From positions 525 through 64,524 of the forward strand of contig JAZQSV010000041.1 in assembly GCA_045630265.1 (NCBI GenBank): a stretch of 64,000 nucleotides of DNA, read 5' to 3'. The notes below the pieces were generated by a model. That model was not told the DNA's origin, did no database searches, and worked only from the letters and a program-made list of their open reading frames with translations. This DNA is from Acutalibacteraceae bacterium (GTDB lineage: Bacteria; Bacillota; Clostridia; Oscillospirales; Acutalibacteraceae). Made by a program: the position numbers and the translations under genes. Positions 26,022-34,756 of this stretch are shown piece by piece (positions within the stretch are counted from its first letter, which is position 1; each line of letters opens with the position of its first letter).

Positions 26022-27569
26022 TTATTCTACCGTTTCTTCGGCTTCAAGCTCATTTAATTTCTTTTTCTCGCGGATAAGGAAAATAACAACAACTGCGGCT
26101 CCGCCAAGAATTACTACTGAACCGATAACAATAATTATAATTAAAGCTTTGTTTTTGCCCTTGCCCTCATTGTCATTGTCGGAGTTTTGGTTATCATTTT
26201 TGTCCTTGCTGTCCTCGCCGCTTATAATAGCCGAGGTTTCGGTAAAGCCACAATCTATGCAGGTGTGGGAGCGAATGCCCTCTTCCTTTTTAGTGGCTTC
26301 TTTTACAATTTTCCAATCACTGAAGTTGTGCACACCGCTAGGGTTGGTAGCGGCGCCTTTTTCTACTGTAGCACCACATTCCTTACAAACCTTATCACCC
26401 GAATAGCCGTTTGTTACGCAGGTCTCACGAACATAGTTTTTAACTTCAGTTTCGGTATGGGAGCAACCTGTAGTTGTGGGTTTATTTGTTGTAGGCTTAC
26501 TGGTTGTAGTATTACCGCCCTGATTGTTTGCAGGGGGTGTAGTGGTATTAGTATTATTGTTGTTGTTAGTATTATTGTTAGTGTTATTGTTGTTAGTATT
26601 TCCACCGTTACCGCTTGGAGTTTGGGTGGTACCACTCTTAGCAATACCTGAAGGGGTAGTTACTGTATTTGGAATTTCTTCACCAAATAATAGCCAAGCA
26701 TATTCGGGGTAGTCAACAAATACGTTTCTAACACCGGTGATAGACTGAACTGCATCGTTTCGGCCAAGCTCCCAGGTATCAACCGGGTCCTCTTCCATCC
26801 ACTGTAGTAAAACTTCTTTGCTTTCTATAACGCCTGACGGACCCCACATATAACTTGTGTTACCCCAACGAACATATGTATAAAGCATCATTCTTGCACA
26901 GTCACCCCGTAAATCATACTGGCCGTTTGCAAAATGGTTAGGGTTAAAATAGTTGCTGTTGGTAGTAGTGCCGTATGCCTTGTTGCCGCGGCTTGTGTTT
27001 TCGTTTGATGAGGTAGGACGTACGGTCATAATATCTGTAGCTTCGTTGCGGTCGGTGTTATCAACACTCTTATAAGCGGTTTTGCTCTTAGGCCAGCAGT
27101 GTTCGCGATTCCAGGTAGAACCCCCGTCCCAAGAAGGACCAATACCTGTGCCCGAATAAAGTGAGGCTATTTTAGTGCTTGTCTTAGCACTGTTCTGGCA
27201 ATCAGTAAAGGGGGATAAATAGCGTATTTCACCGTAGCTTGTAAGTTTTTTGTGGTTATCCTTCATTAATTCCTGAAGTTGCTTATAAAGAGCGCTATTA
27301 GGAGTTTGATTTAAAGCGCTGTTTCCTGCAAGAGCGGAAAGTTCGGCGTAGGAAGTGTTGTTATCATTATAAAAGGCGATAGCGTTTTGCGAAAGATAGG
27401 TTGCGTCCTGCTCGCGGGTGCCCCAGTTTTTGATGACTTTTGAGTATGAGCCATAGCTACCGTAGACATATTCAACGGTTTGGGCGCTTGCCACAAGACT
27501 TGTAAAAACAAGAGAAAGCACCAAAGCAAGGCAAACGGACCATTTGCCAAATGTTTTAACGGTTTTCAT
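26022..27569 (-). CDS. secreted endonuclease I / Bsn-like nuclease with Asn/Thr-rich linker, Cys-rich module and C-terminal TM anchor
   Basis: Signal peptide, then NREHCWPKS and TDIMTVRPTSSNENTSRGN (endonuclease I motifs). An NNNNTNNNTNNNNNTN linker follows, then CxxC pairs and the terminal helix LIIIIVIGSVVILGGAAVVVIFLI. Confidence 0.7.
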   Translation of the reverse strand: MKTVKTFGKWSVCLALVLSLVFTSLVASAQTVEYVYGSYGSYSKVIKNWGTREQDATYLSQNAIAFYNDNNTSYAELSALAGNSALNQTPNSALYKQLQELMKDNHKKLTSYGEIRYLSPFTDCQNSAKTSTKIASLYSGTGIGPSWDGGSTWNREHCWPKSKTAYKSVDNTDRNEATDIMTVRPTSSNENTSRGNKAYGTTTNSNYFNPNHFANGQYDLRGDCARMMLYTYVRWGNTSYMWGPSGVIESKEVLLQWMEEDPVDTWELGRNDAVQSITGVRNVFVDYPEYAWLLFGEEIPNTVTTPSGIAKSGTTQTPSGNGGNTNNNNTNNNTNNNNNTNTTTPPANNQGGNTTTSKPTTNKPTTTGCSHTETEVKNYVRETCVTNGYSGDKVCKECGATVEKGAATNPSGVHNFSDWKIVKEATKKEEGIRSHTCIDCGFTETSAIISGEDSKDKNDNQNSDNDNEGKGKNKALIIIIVIGSVVILGGAAVVVIFLIREKKKLNELEAEETVE

Positions 27570-27720
27570 AAATAAACTCCTTTTAAAAAAGTGATAAAGT
27601 TCAAACGTAATTCACGCTAAATTTTATTATACCATAGATTTTTCGAAAAAGAAAGATATAAGTAATATTTTGTAGTGAAAATATTAAAAATGTCGAAGGA
27701 GGGCATAAAGTATGCCTTTA

Positions 27721-27749
27721 TTGACATTTATCTTAAAATATGATAAAAT
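27721..27749 (+). promoter_or_regulatory. sigma-A promoter, TTGACA-17-TAAAAT with TGn extension
   Basis: TTGACA at 27721-27726, TG at 27741-27742, TAAAAT at 27744-27749. Confidence 0.7.
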
Positions 27750-27780
27750 AAATAGGTAAAGGATATTGAATTTCAAGCGA

Positions 27781-27845
27781 ATTGGTATAAGCTTGCAATA
27801 TGGGCAAGCGTTTCTACAAACCGCCGAAAATGGTTGACTACCTGT
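27781..27845 (+). promoter_or_regulatory. purine riboswitch aptamer, guanine class (C at the specificity position)
   Basis: GGUAUAA-GCUUGC-AAUAUGG-GCAAGC-GUUUCUAC-AAACCG-CCGAAAA-UGGUUG-ACU-ACC. L2, L3, J2-3 and J3-1 all match the G-box, and J3-1 reads GACUAC. Confidence 0.85.
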
Positions 27846-27866
27846 ATTTAAGGTGGTCTTTTTTTT
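27836..27866 (+). terminator. terminator of the riboswitch expression platform
   Basis: GACUACC (27836-27842) pairs with GGUGGUC (27852-27858), followed by U8. The 5' arm overlaps J3-1 and the 3' strand of P1. Confidence 0.55.
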
Positions 27867-27918
27867 ATAATAAAACACCTTAATTTAGCCAGATAAATAT
27901 TTTAAGGAGAAGAGATAA

Positions 27919-29622
27919 GTGAAACTTTTAGTAGACGGAAAGGTTTATTTTGCAAAACCGGAGCAGTCCCTTTACGACATAGCAAAGGAACTTGGCTTTA
28001 TAACGGGTAAACTTTCAACCGACCCTATTGCCGCAAAAATTGCGGGTAGAATATTTACCCTTAATTACATACCCGTAAGGGAAAAGGACCTTACTCCCGA
28101 TCGCCGTTCTATTCGTACTGCAATGGCGGCATCCGAAGGTGTTATAAACCTTATAAGGTACCAAAGCGACGTAGGAAGGGACGTTTACACCCGCACCGCG
28201 CAATTTATTTTGTTTTTGGCCATTAGCCGGCTTTATCCCAAAGCCCAAAGCAGTATGAACTGTACTATAGGCAGCGGGCTTTACATTAAGGTTGTGGGGG
28301 ATAAGAACTTTTCGGCCGCCGCCCTAAAACAAGAAGTAATGAATATAGTAAAGGAAGATTTTACGCTCAAGCGCAAAAAAATACAAACCAAAGAGCTAAT
28401 TGAATATTATGACAGTATTGGTATGCGTGATAAAGCGCGACTTCTTTTCTACCGTCAAAAGGACAGAATAGACGTTTATGAAAATAATGGATTTTTAGAT
28501 TATTTTTACGGCGAGATGGCACCCTCTACGGGGTACCTTCGTTCCTTTGACATACTTCCTGCTCCCGAAGGCTTTATATTTGTATATCCCGATAGTCAGA
28601 ATCCTGACAAAGTTTCGACCTATACTGAAAGCCCCAATCTTTTCAGCATTTCTAGGGAGAGCAAAAAGTGGGGCGAGCTTATGGGCTGCGCAACGGTAGC
28701 CGATTTGAATAAGCTTGTAGAGAATGGCAAGGTGCGAGAGCTTGTTAGAGTTAATGAAGCTTTGCACGAAAAGAAATTTTCTCAGATTGCGGATATGATT
28801 TGTGAGAGAGGTGCCAAGGCAGTAATGCTTGCGGGGCCAAGTTCTTCGGGCAAAACCACTTCTGCCAACCGTCTTGCTACTCAGCTTAGGGTTCATGGCA
28901 AAAAACCGGTGCTTATGAGCTTAGATGACTATTATATTGATAGGGATAAAATTCTTCCCGGCCCCGATGGCAAGGTAGATTTAGAGAATATAAACACTAT
29001 TGATACAGAGCTTTTTAAAGAACAGTTATCAAAGCTCATTGCAGGTGAGGAGGTTGAAATTCCGGAGTTTAATTTCAAGCTTGGTAAAAGGCAGTGGACA
29101 GGGAATAAGCTTCGGCTTAGTGAGAATTCGGTTATAATAGTAGAGGGAATTCACGGACTTAATCCTATGCTTTTACCAAAAGAGCTAGATAAACAGCTTA
29201 TTTTCCGACTTTTTGTAACACCTCTTTTGCCCCTTTCCTTAGACCACCATAACCGTATTCCTACAAGCTATTTACGTCTGCTTCGCCGAATAGTAAGGGA
29301 CTACGCTACAAGAGGCGCTACAGTTCAAAGAACGCTTTCTATGTGGGATTCGGTAAGACGGGGTGAAAAGAAGTGGATTTTCCCCTATCAAGAAAATGCC
29401 GATGTTATTTTCAACAGTTCCACACTTTATGAGCTAGCGGTGCTTAAAAAGCACATATATCCGCTGCTAAAAGAGATAGATGCTTCGGATGAGTATTACT
29501 CAGACGTCAGGACAATAGTAAAATTTTTAAACTACGTTTGTGAGGCGGATATAGAAAACGAAATTCCCCCCACAAGTATCGTAAGGGAATTTATAGGCGG
29601 TAACAGCTTTTACCAAAACTAA
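27919..29622 (+). CDS. uridine-kinase/PRK-family P-loop kinase fused to an N-terminal TGS/ThrRS-N-like region
   Basis: Walker A (LAGPSSSGKTTSANRL), SLDDYYIDRD and IIVEGIHGLNP. GTG start after an AAGGAGA SD. Confidence 0.75.
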   Translation: MKLLVDGKVYFAKPEQSLYDIAKELGFITGKLSTDPIAAKIAGRIFTLNYIPVREKDLTPDRRSIRTAMAASEGVINLIRYQSDVGRDVYTRTAQFILFLAISRLYPKAQSSMNCTIGSGLYIKVVGDKNFSAAALKQEVMNIVKEDFTLKRKKIQTKELIEYYDSIGMRDKARLLFYRQKDRIDVYENNGFLDYFYGEMAPSTGYLRSFDILPAPEGFIFVYPDSQNPDKVSTYTESPNLFSISRESKKWGELMGCATVADLNKLVENGKVRELVRVNEALHEKKFSQIADMICERGAKAVMLAGPSSSGKTTSANRLATQLRVHGKKPVLMSLDDYYIDRDKILPGPDGKVDLENINTIDTELFKEQLSKLIAGEEVEIPEFNFKLGKRQWTGNKLRLSENSVIIVEGIHGLNPMLLPKELDKQLIFRLFVTPLLPLSLDHHNRIPTSYLRLLRRIVRDYATRGATVQRTLSMWDSVRRGEKKWIFPYQENADVIFNSSTLYELAVLKKHIYPLLKEIDASDEYYSDVRTIVKFLNYVCEADIENEIPPTSIVREFIGGNSFYQN

Positions 29623-29631
29623 ATATATAAC

Positions 29632-29670
29632 AAAAAAGAAGCTCTCGGCCAATGCCGAGAGCTTTTGTTC
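29632..29670. terminator. bidirectional terminator; 3' end of the long pel/c-di-GMP operon
   Basis: aagctctcggc/gccgagagctt stem with A/T runs on both sides. Confidence 0.8.
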
Positions 29671-29678
29671 TATTTAAT

Positions 29679-31238
29679 TTATACAAAGGCAACTTTACTC
29701 TCTTCCTTGTGCATATACATAGCCTGGTCGGCCTTTGCAAAAACGTCCTCGTAAACTCTGTCAATTACGGGGTCAAAGAGTGCAACACCTCTTGCAACTG
29801 AAACAGCAACTTTTTTATCACACACGGTAACAAAATCTTTAGAACAGGCCTCATCCATACACCCTAAAAGGGTGTGGTAGTTAGAGTAGTCATCACCCTT
29901 TAAAATAATGGCAAATTCATCGCCACCAATACGGAAAATGGTGCTATCCTTAAATATATCGGTAAGGATTTTTGCGGTATGTATAATTAAATCATTACCA
30001 ACATCGTGGCCGTATTTGTCGTTGGTTTGCTTTAGGTTATTTATGTCGGCTACCACTACGCCAAATTTAGGGTTACCACAACAAATATCTTTGTTTAGCT
30101 CTGCAATGGCTTCGGTGTATGCTGTACTATTTTTAATGCCGGTCAGAGAATCTCTGTAAGCCAGTGCGTTAATGTAGGTGGTATATTCTTTGATTTTTGC
30201 ATAGGCGCTAGTTAAAACGCGGGAAAGGGTACCTACCTCGTCCTTAGATTCTATGGGAATTTCCTTAAGGTCGGTTTCATTTACACCAAGCGCCATTGTT
30301 TCGGCGGCGGAGGTGAGTTGCTTTAAGGGGCGTATAATTCTGTTTGTAACAACTATAGTATAAATAATCGAACAAATAAGAACAATGATAAATGCAAAAA
30401 CTATTTTGCTGAGCATAGGATGAATATCGTGTTGAATATCCTTATAATCAGCGCGAAGTTCTAAAAGCATACCGTTATTAAGCTGGGAGTTTGCCTTTGT
30501 GTGGGGATTTGCAGATTCTTCATGTTCAACCTTATTGTATTGAGTTTGACCGTCTTTGGAAATGAGCACGGCGTAGCCACTTTCGTAAACGTTAATATTC
30601 TGAATACGTTTTATCAGGTAGCTGAAGTCCATATCGAAGCCTACAACACCCACAAGCTCGTTTTGTATGTAAATCGGGGAAACGTAGGAAATAAGCTGAT
30701 TTGAATGGCCCGGGAAGTAGTAGGGCTCAAGCCACACGCCCTCCCTTGCATTTACTGCGGTATAATACCAACCAACGTTTTGGATATCATCCTTACCGAA
30801 CTGATTAAGATCTGTAAGGGGCATGTCCTTCAAAGATCCGTTTATAATCATCTTATAAAAACCGCTTGTACCGTCGGAGACGCTCGGGTCAAGGCGAATA
30901 TAAAATCCCTCTATACCGTTTGTGTTGAGAGCGATCTCAATTAGCATGCTTTCCATTTTTGCAAGGTATGTATTGCGGGCAGTTTTATTTTCAAGATCAT
31001 CTGCGTCTTTGATTTCGGTAATAGCATAATGCACCGCAATGCTTGCAGATTTTGTAATATCCCCCAATACGTCGTTAATTTGCGCAGCTTCCTTTTGGCA
31101 AACGTTGTTTAAAATTCTATCAGCATCACGGTGCATAACCTCGTGGGTCATTTCAACCGCAATAACAGATACTATTGCAGTAATAATCAGAAGTCCCGAA
31201 ATAACAACGGTTAGTATTTTAGTTTTAATTGACTTCAT
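29679..31238 (-). CDS. membrane sensor diguanylate cyclase (TM-Cache-TM-HAMP-GGDEF)
   Basis: Two TM helices flank a Cache-like periplasmic domain. HAMP segment (NRIIRPLKQLTSAAETMA). Intact RIGGDEFAIIL. No RxxD I-site 5 residues upstream (KDSTIF). Confidence 0.9.
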   Translation of the reverse strand: MKSIKTKILTVVISGLLIITAIVSVIAVEMTHEVMHRDADRILNNVCQKEAAQINDVLGDITKSASIAVHYAITEIKDADDLENKTARNTYLAKMESMLIEIALNTNGIEGFYIRLDPSVSDGTSGFYKMIINGSLKDMPLTDLNQFGKDDIQNVGWYYTAVNAREGVWLEPYYFPGHSNQLISYVSPIYIQNELVGVVGFDMDFSYLIKRIQNINVYESGYAVLISKDGQTQYNKVEHEESANPHTKANSQLNNGMLLELRADYKDIQHDIHPMLSKIVFAFIIVLICSIIYTIVVTNRIIRPLKQLTSAAETMALGVNETDLKEIPIESKDEVGTLSRVLTSAYAKIKEYTTYINALAYRDSLTGIKNSTAYTEAIAELNKDICCGNPKFGVVVADINNLKQTNDKYGHDVGNDLIIHTAKILTDIFKDSTIFRIGGDEFAIILKGDDYSNYHTLLGCMDEACSKDFVTVCDKKVAVSVARGVALFDPVIDRVYEDVFAKADQAMYMHKEESKVAFV

Positions 31239-31255
31239 TTTTCTGCCTCCCTTTT

Positions 31256-33355
31256 CTACTTGGCACCGTTTATGTTGTAAACATCGGTAATGTTTCTGTA
31301 ATAGCCCTCTAAAACGGTATGTCCGCTCGAGTTTTTTACTCGCTTACCACTAAAGCGCACAAGCAAATCGCCCAAAGAGGGGTGGCACCAGGTGAACTCA
31401 ATTTGTACGGCTTTTTCCCCAAGCTTCATTTTACTTAGGCACGTTTCAACCTCAGGTAAGCAGTCGGGATGAATGTTTTTATAAAAATATTCAAAAGATT
31501 CTTTAGGTGTGCTTTGGTTAGCCACACCGGTTAGTTGCGCCATAGTTTTGTCCATATGCAGTTCGTGGCCACCACTGCCGCCAAGACGCATTATCCAAAG
31601 CCCGACACCGTTCTCATGAAGAATATCTTTTGGGTCAAAATGGACAAAGCCGATTTTTTCTTTAAGCTCAAAAATTTTATTTATAAAGGCCTGTCGCTCG
31701 GCATATTCGTTAGAAGATTTATCTATATACGCCCTTTCAATGCCCTCTACAGTGTTTGGCTTATCAAACAAATATCCCTGAATAATATCGGGGAGCAGCA
31801 ACTCTAAGGTTACCAGCTCGCGGGTGCTCTCTACTCCTTCGCAGCAGGTTCTAATGGCGTTGCCTCTAGCAAATTCTATAACGTTACTTATAAGGTTGTG
31901 GTTATAGGTTTCCTTTTCAATACCGCTTACAAAAACTCTGTCAATTTTAATTTCGTCAACGTTCATTTGTTTCAAATAACTAAGATTTGAATATCCTGTG
32001 CCAAAATCATCAATGGCAAAGTTGATGTTATAAAATTTTAGTTTTTTAATGGTATTTACCAGTCGTGGGCTGTTATGAAGCTCAACCGATTCGGTTATCT
32101 CAACCGTAAGTGCATCTCCGGGAAGATCGGCCTGAGTAACTTTTTCTATTACCCTTTCGGCAAGGTCGTTATCTTCAAATTGCAGTGCTGAGAAGTTAAC
32201 ACTTATATGTAGGTTTGGCAAGAATTGGCGCCACTTTTTACACTGTGTAAGAGCTTGCTCCAAGACCCAAAGACCTACCTTTTTAATAAGACGCGACTCT
32301 TCCAAAACGGGTATAAATTCATCGGGAAAAACTCTGCCACGTGTTTGGGAATTGTAACGTAGCAGTGCCTCCACACCGTAAATTTCATAGCTACCGGCGC
32401 GTATTTGTGGCTGGTAATAAATTTCAAAGCCTTCGAAATTATTATCTATGCTTTGCTTTAATTCCTCAAGCAGCTCTAGTGAAGAAATCTTTTTACTTAA
32501 ATCCTCTGAAGAGAAAAACTCAATGCGGTTGTTGGAAATATTTTTTGCTTTTTTAAGGGTCATATTAACCGAGTCCAAAAGCTGAGTTTCATCTAAAAAC
32601 AAGGTATTATCGATAGGCACTGCACTGGCAGTAAAGGTGCACTTTCCCGCCATGGTTTGTTTAATTGTAAGATAACGCTCCATTGCCTCTTCTTGAGACT
32701 CTACGTCTAAAACAAGGGCAAAATAATTGTGGTCTACGTGGTATGCGGCCAATACCTTTTCTAAATTCTCGCAAAACTCGGCGATTTCTTTTAAAAGGGT
32801 ATCACCCCAATCCCTACCGTGGGTAAGGTTAAGGGTAGCAAGACTGTCAATATCAAGGAACATTAAGTATCCCTTGCTTTTGCTTAAATATCCCTTAAGG
32901 TCTGTGCGAAGCTTATTTTTATTCCAAAGAGCGGTAAGGGGATTGTAAAGATGGCGCAAATTTTCTTCCGAAACACGGCCCATCATAAGGTAGGGCTTGT
33001 CCTCGCCATCACGAATAACGGTACCATGGCAGTTTATCCAAACCTTTTGGCCCTTGCGATTAATCCAACGGTAGTCCATATTGTGGGTGTCTTTTTCACC
33101 ATTTACAATCTGGTTTAAGCTATCTAGTACCGCGCCGCGGTCGGCGGGGTGAATAATTTTAAGCATATCGGGAGTGCTGTTTGTTTCACTGCCGTTTTTG
33201 CGAATGTCGTAGTTTTTATCAATGTCTCCAAAAAACCATCTTGTATCTGCCTTAATGTCCCAAACAAAAAGATAGTCGTCTGTAGAGCGGTTAATGGTTT
33301 CAATTAGTTTCAGGGTAGTTTCAAAGCCGTCATTGGTCTTTAGAAAGTTATCCAT
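31256..33355 (-). CDS. c-di-GMP phosphodiesterase (PAS - degenerate GGDEF - EAL - C-terminal PAS-like)
   Basis: EAL set is intact (YGVEALLRY, DDFGTGYSNLSYL, CCEGVES, QGYLFDKP). The GGDEF position reads VDHNYF. The ATG overlaps the DUF4956 stop (ATGGATAA). Confidence 0.9.
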   Translation of the reverse strand: MDNFLKTNDGFETTLKLIETINRSTDDYLFVWDIKADTRWFFGDIDKNYDIRKNGSETNSTPDMLKIIHPADRGAVLDSLNQIVNGEKDTHNMDYRWINRKGQKVWINCHGTVIRDGEDKPYLMMGRVSEENLRHLYNPLTALWNKNKLRTDLKGYLSKSKGYLMFLDIDSLATLNLTHGRDWGDTLLKEIAEFCENLEKVLAAYHVDHNYFALVLDVESQEEAMERYLTIKQTMAGKCTFTASAVPIDNTLFLDETQLLDSVNMTLKKAKNISNNRIEFFSSEDLSKKISSLELLEELKQSIDNNFEGFEIYYQPQIRAGSYEIYGVEALLRYNSQTRGRVFPDEFIPVLEESRLIKKVGLWVLEQALTQCKKWRQFLPNLHISVNFSALQFEDNDLAERVIEKVTQADLPGDALTVEITESVELHNSPRLVNTIKKLKFYNINFAIDDFGTGYSNLSYLKQMNVDEIKIDRVFVSGIEKETYNHNLISNVIEFARGNAIRTCCEGVESTRELVTLELLLPDIIQGYLFDKPNTVEGIERAYIDKSSNEYAERQAFINKIFELKEKIGFVHFDPKDILHENGVGLWIMRLGGSGGHELHMDKTMAQLTGVANQSTPKESFEYFYKNIHPDCLPEVETCLSKMKLGEKAVQIEFTWCHPSLGDLLVRFSGKRVKNSSGHTVLEGYYRNITDVYNINGAK

Positions 33356-34019
33356 GATACTCACCGTTATACTGGATAAGTGTAGCGTCCTCTACACCCT
33401 CCACTTCCTTTATTTTATCTAGGAAGAACATATCGTTGTTCTTGCAGTACACTTCAACCGCCATTTCGGTCTTGCCTTTACGTACTGTCTTGGATTTTAC
33501 AAAGTATTTCATTTTACCTAAGGCGCGGATTACGTTATCGCCAACCTCGTCGCCCTCATAGTGAATAACGGCGATATAAATGCGTCCCTTTTGCTGCTTG
33601 TTGTAGAAGATAATAATCATACCTATCATTACTATAGCAGTAACAGCAACAAGCAAATACATACCTGCGCCTGACGTGATACCGGTGGTTATTGCCCAGA
33701 AAAGGTAAAGTAAATCAAGCGGGTCCTTAATTGCGGTTCTGAAACGTACAATAGAAAGAGCACCAACCATACCAAGAGAAATAACAATGTTGGTACTAAT
33801 GGCCAGGGTTACCATTGCAGTAAGAACTGTCATACCCACAAGGGTAATTGCAAAACTGCGGGAATAAATAACTCCAACGAAAAATTTGCTGTAGACAAAG
33901 TAAATAACTGCGCCCATAAGCACTGCCGTTATAAGACCAAGGGCAATGCTAGTAAGACTGGCACCATCAAAGGCACCTGATTCAAGTATTGACTTTTTTA
34001 TAAAATCTTGAACGCTCAT
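33348..34019 (-). CDS. DUF4956 family membrane protein
   Basis: Multi-pass N-terminal half followed by a soluble C-terminal domain. It is the usual partner of VTC-domain genes. The ATG at 34019 follows a GGAGGGA SD. Confidence 0.7.
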   Translation of the reverse strand: MSVQDFIKKSILESGAFDGASLTSIALGLITAVLMGAVIYFVYSKFFVGVIYSRSFAITLVGMTVLTAMVTLAISTNIVISLGMVGALSIVRFRTAIKDPLDLLYLFWAITTGITSGAGMYLLVAVTAIVMIGMIIIFYNKQQKGRIYIAVIHYEGDEVGDNVIRALGKMKYFVKSKTVRKGKTEMAVEVYCKNNDMFFLDKIKEVEGVEDATLIQYNGEYHG

Positions 34020-34033
34020 AAAATTTCCCTCCA

Positions 34034-34756
34034 CTAATTTTCAAACCAATATTTAAAACTGTTCATATACTCAGTTTTTTCGTAACAAAGCACGTATTTT
34101 GAAACTGCCGTAAATTCCGAACCTCTGCCGGGGAGTATTTCTCTGACAAACTGCGGCAAAAATTCGGTAAACTTTACCTCCATAACACATTTGCCCGGCT
34201 CCAAGACCGGAAGAGTGGGAAGCGTGGGGTCAAAAATATCAAAGCTACCCACCGCCGCGCGAACGTCCATATCAAAGGTAATTCGTACCGTACCTTCGTC
34301 CAGTATCCAGGGCTCTCTGTCGTAGTCAACAATGGTGCGGGGACGCATCATATTGCAGACGCATTCGGTATAAAATTCTCTGCAAAGAGGTTGGTCGCTG
34401 TGCAGCAAAAATTCGTAGTCGCCGTCTAAAATCTTATAAACCTCATCCTTTGTAAGCGAGGCCGCTTCTTTAAAAATATAGGCGCCGAATTTTTTCTTTC
34501 TTTCAAGCTTTATACTGCTGTCGCCGCAGTCGTATATGCGAATACGGTATTTTTTTCTTCTTAAAACACCGGCATCTTTTTCCTCGTATGCCGATTTATA
34601 GCAGTCCTCAAAGTAAAGACTTCTTAGCATATATCCGCCGTTTTTGGCGTGCTTATCAAGTTTAAGAAGTGGGTCAAGCCGCTTGCAAATAAGCTGCTTT
34701 TGGGCAGTATCTATAAGATATTTCCATTCGTTTCTATAACGCTCAGGTTTCGACAT
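34034..34756 (-). CDS. VTC-domain (polyphosphate polymerase / CYTH-like tunnel) protein
   Basis: YRNEWKYLI...MLRSLYFED...YRIRIYD...MEVKF is an alternating charged beta-strand pattern typical of the VTC/TTM fold. The ATG at 34756 overlaps the cotH 3' end. Confidence 0.7.
   Translation of the reverse strand: MSKPERYRNEWKYLIDTAQKQLICKRLDPLLKLDKHAKNGGYMLRSLYFEDCYKSAYEEKDAGVLRRKKYRIRIYDCGDSSIKLERKKKFGAYIFKEAASLTKDEVYKILDGDYEFLLHSDQPLCREFYTECVCNMMRPRTIVDYDREPWILDEGTVRITFDMDVRAAVGSFDIFDPTLPTLPVLEPGKCVMEVKFTEFLPQFVREILPGRGSEFTAVSKYVLCYEKTEYMNSFKYWFEN

Noticed and set aside
26500-26625. Repetitive AAT/AAC/ACT-rich DNA that looks like a tandem repeat or spacer-repeat array
   Set aside because: It is in frame within the nuclease gene and encodes the Asn/Thr stalk. 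There are no regularly spaced direct repeats, so it is not a CRISPR array or a satellite.
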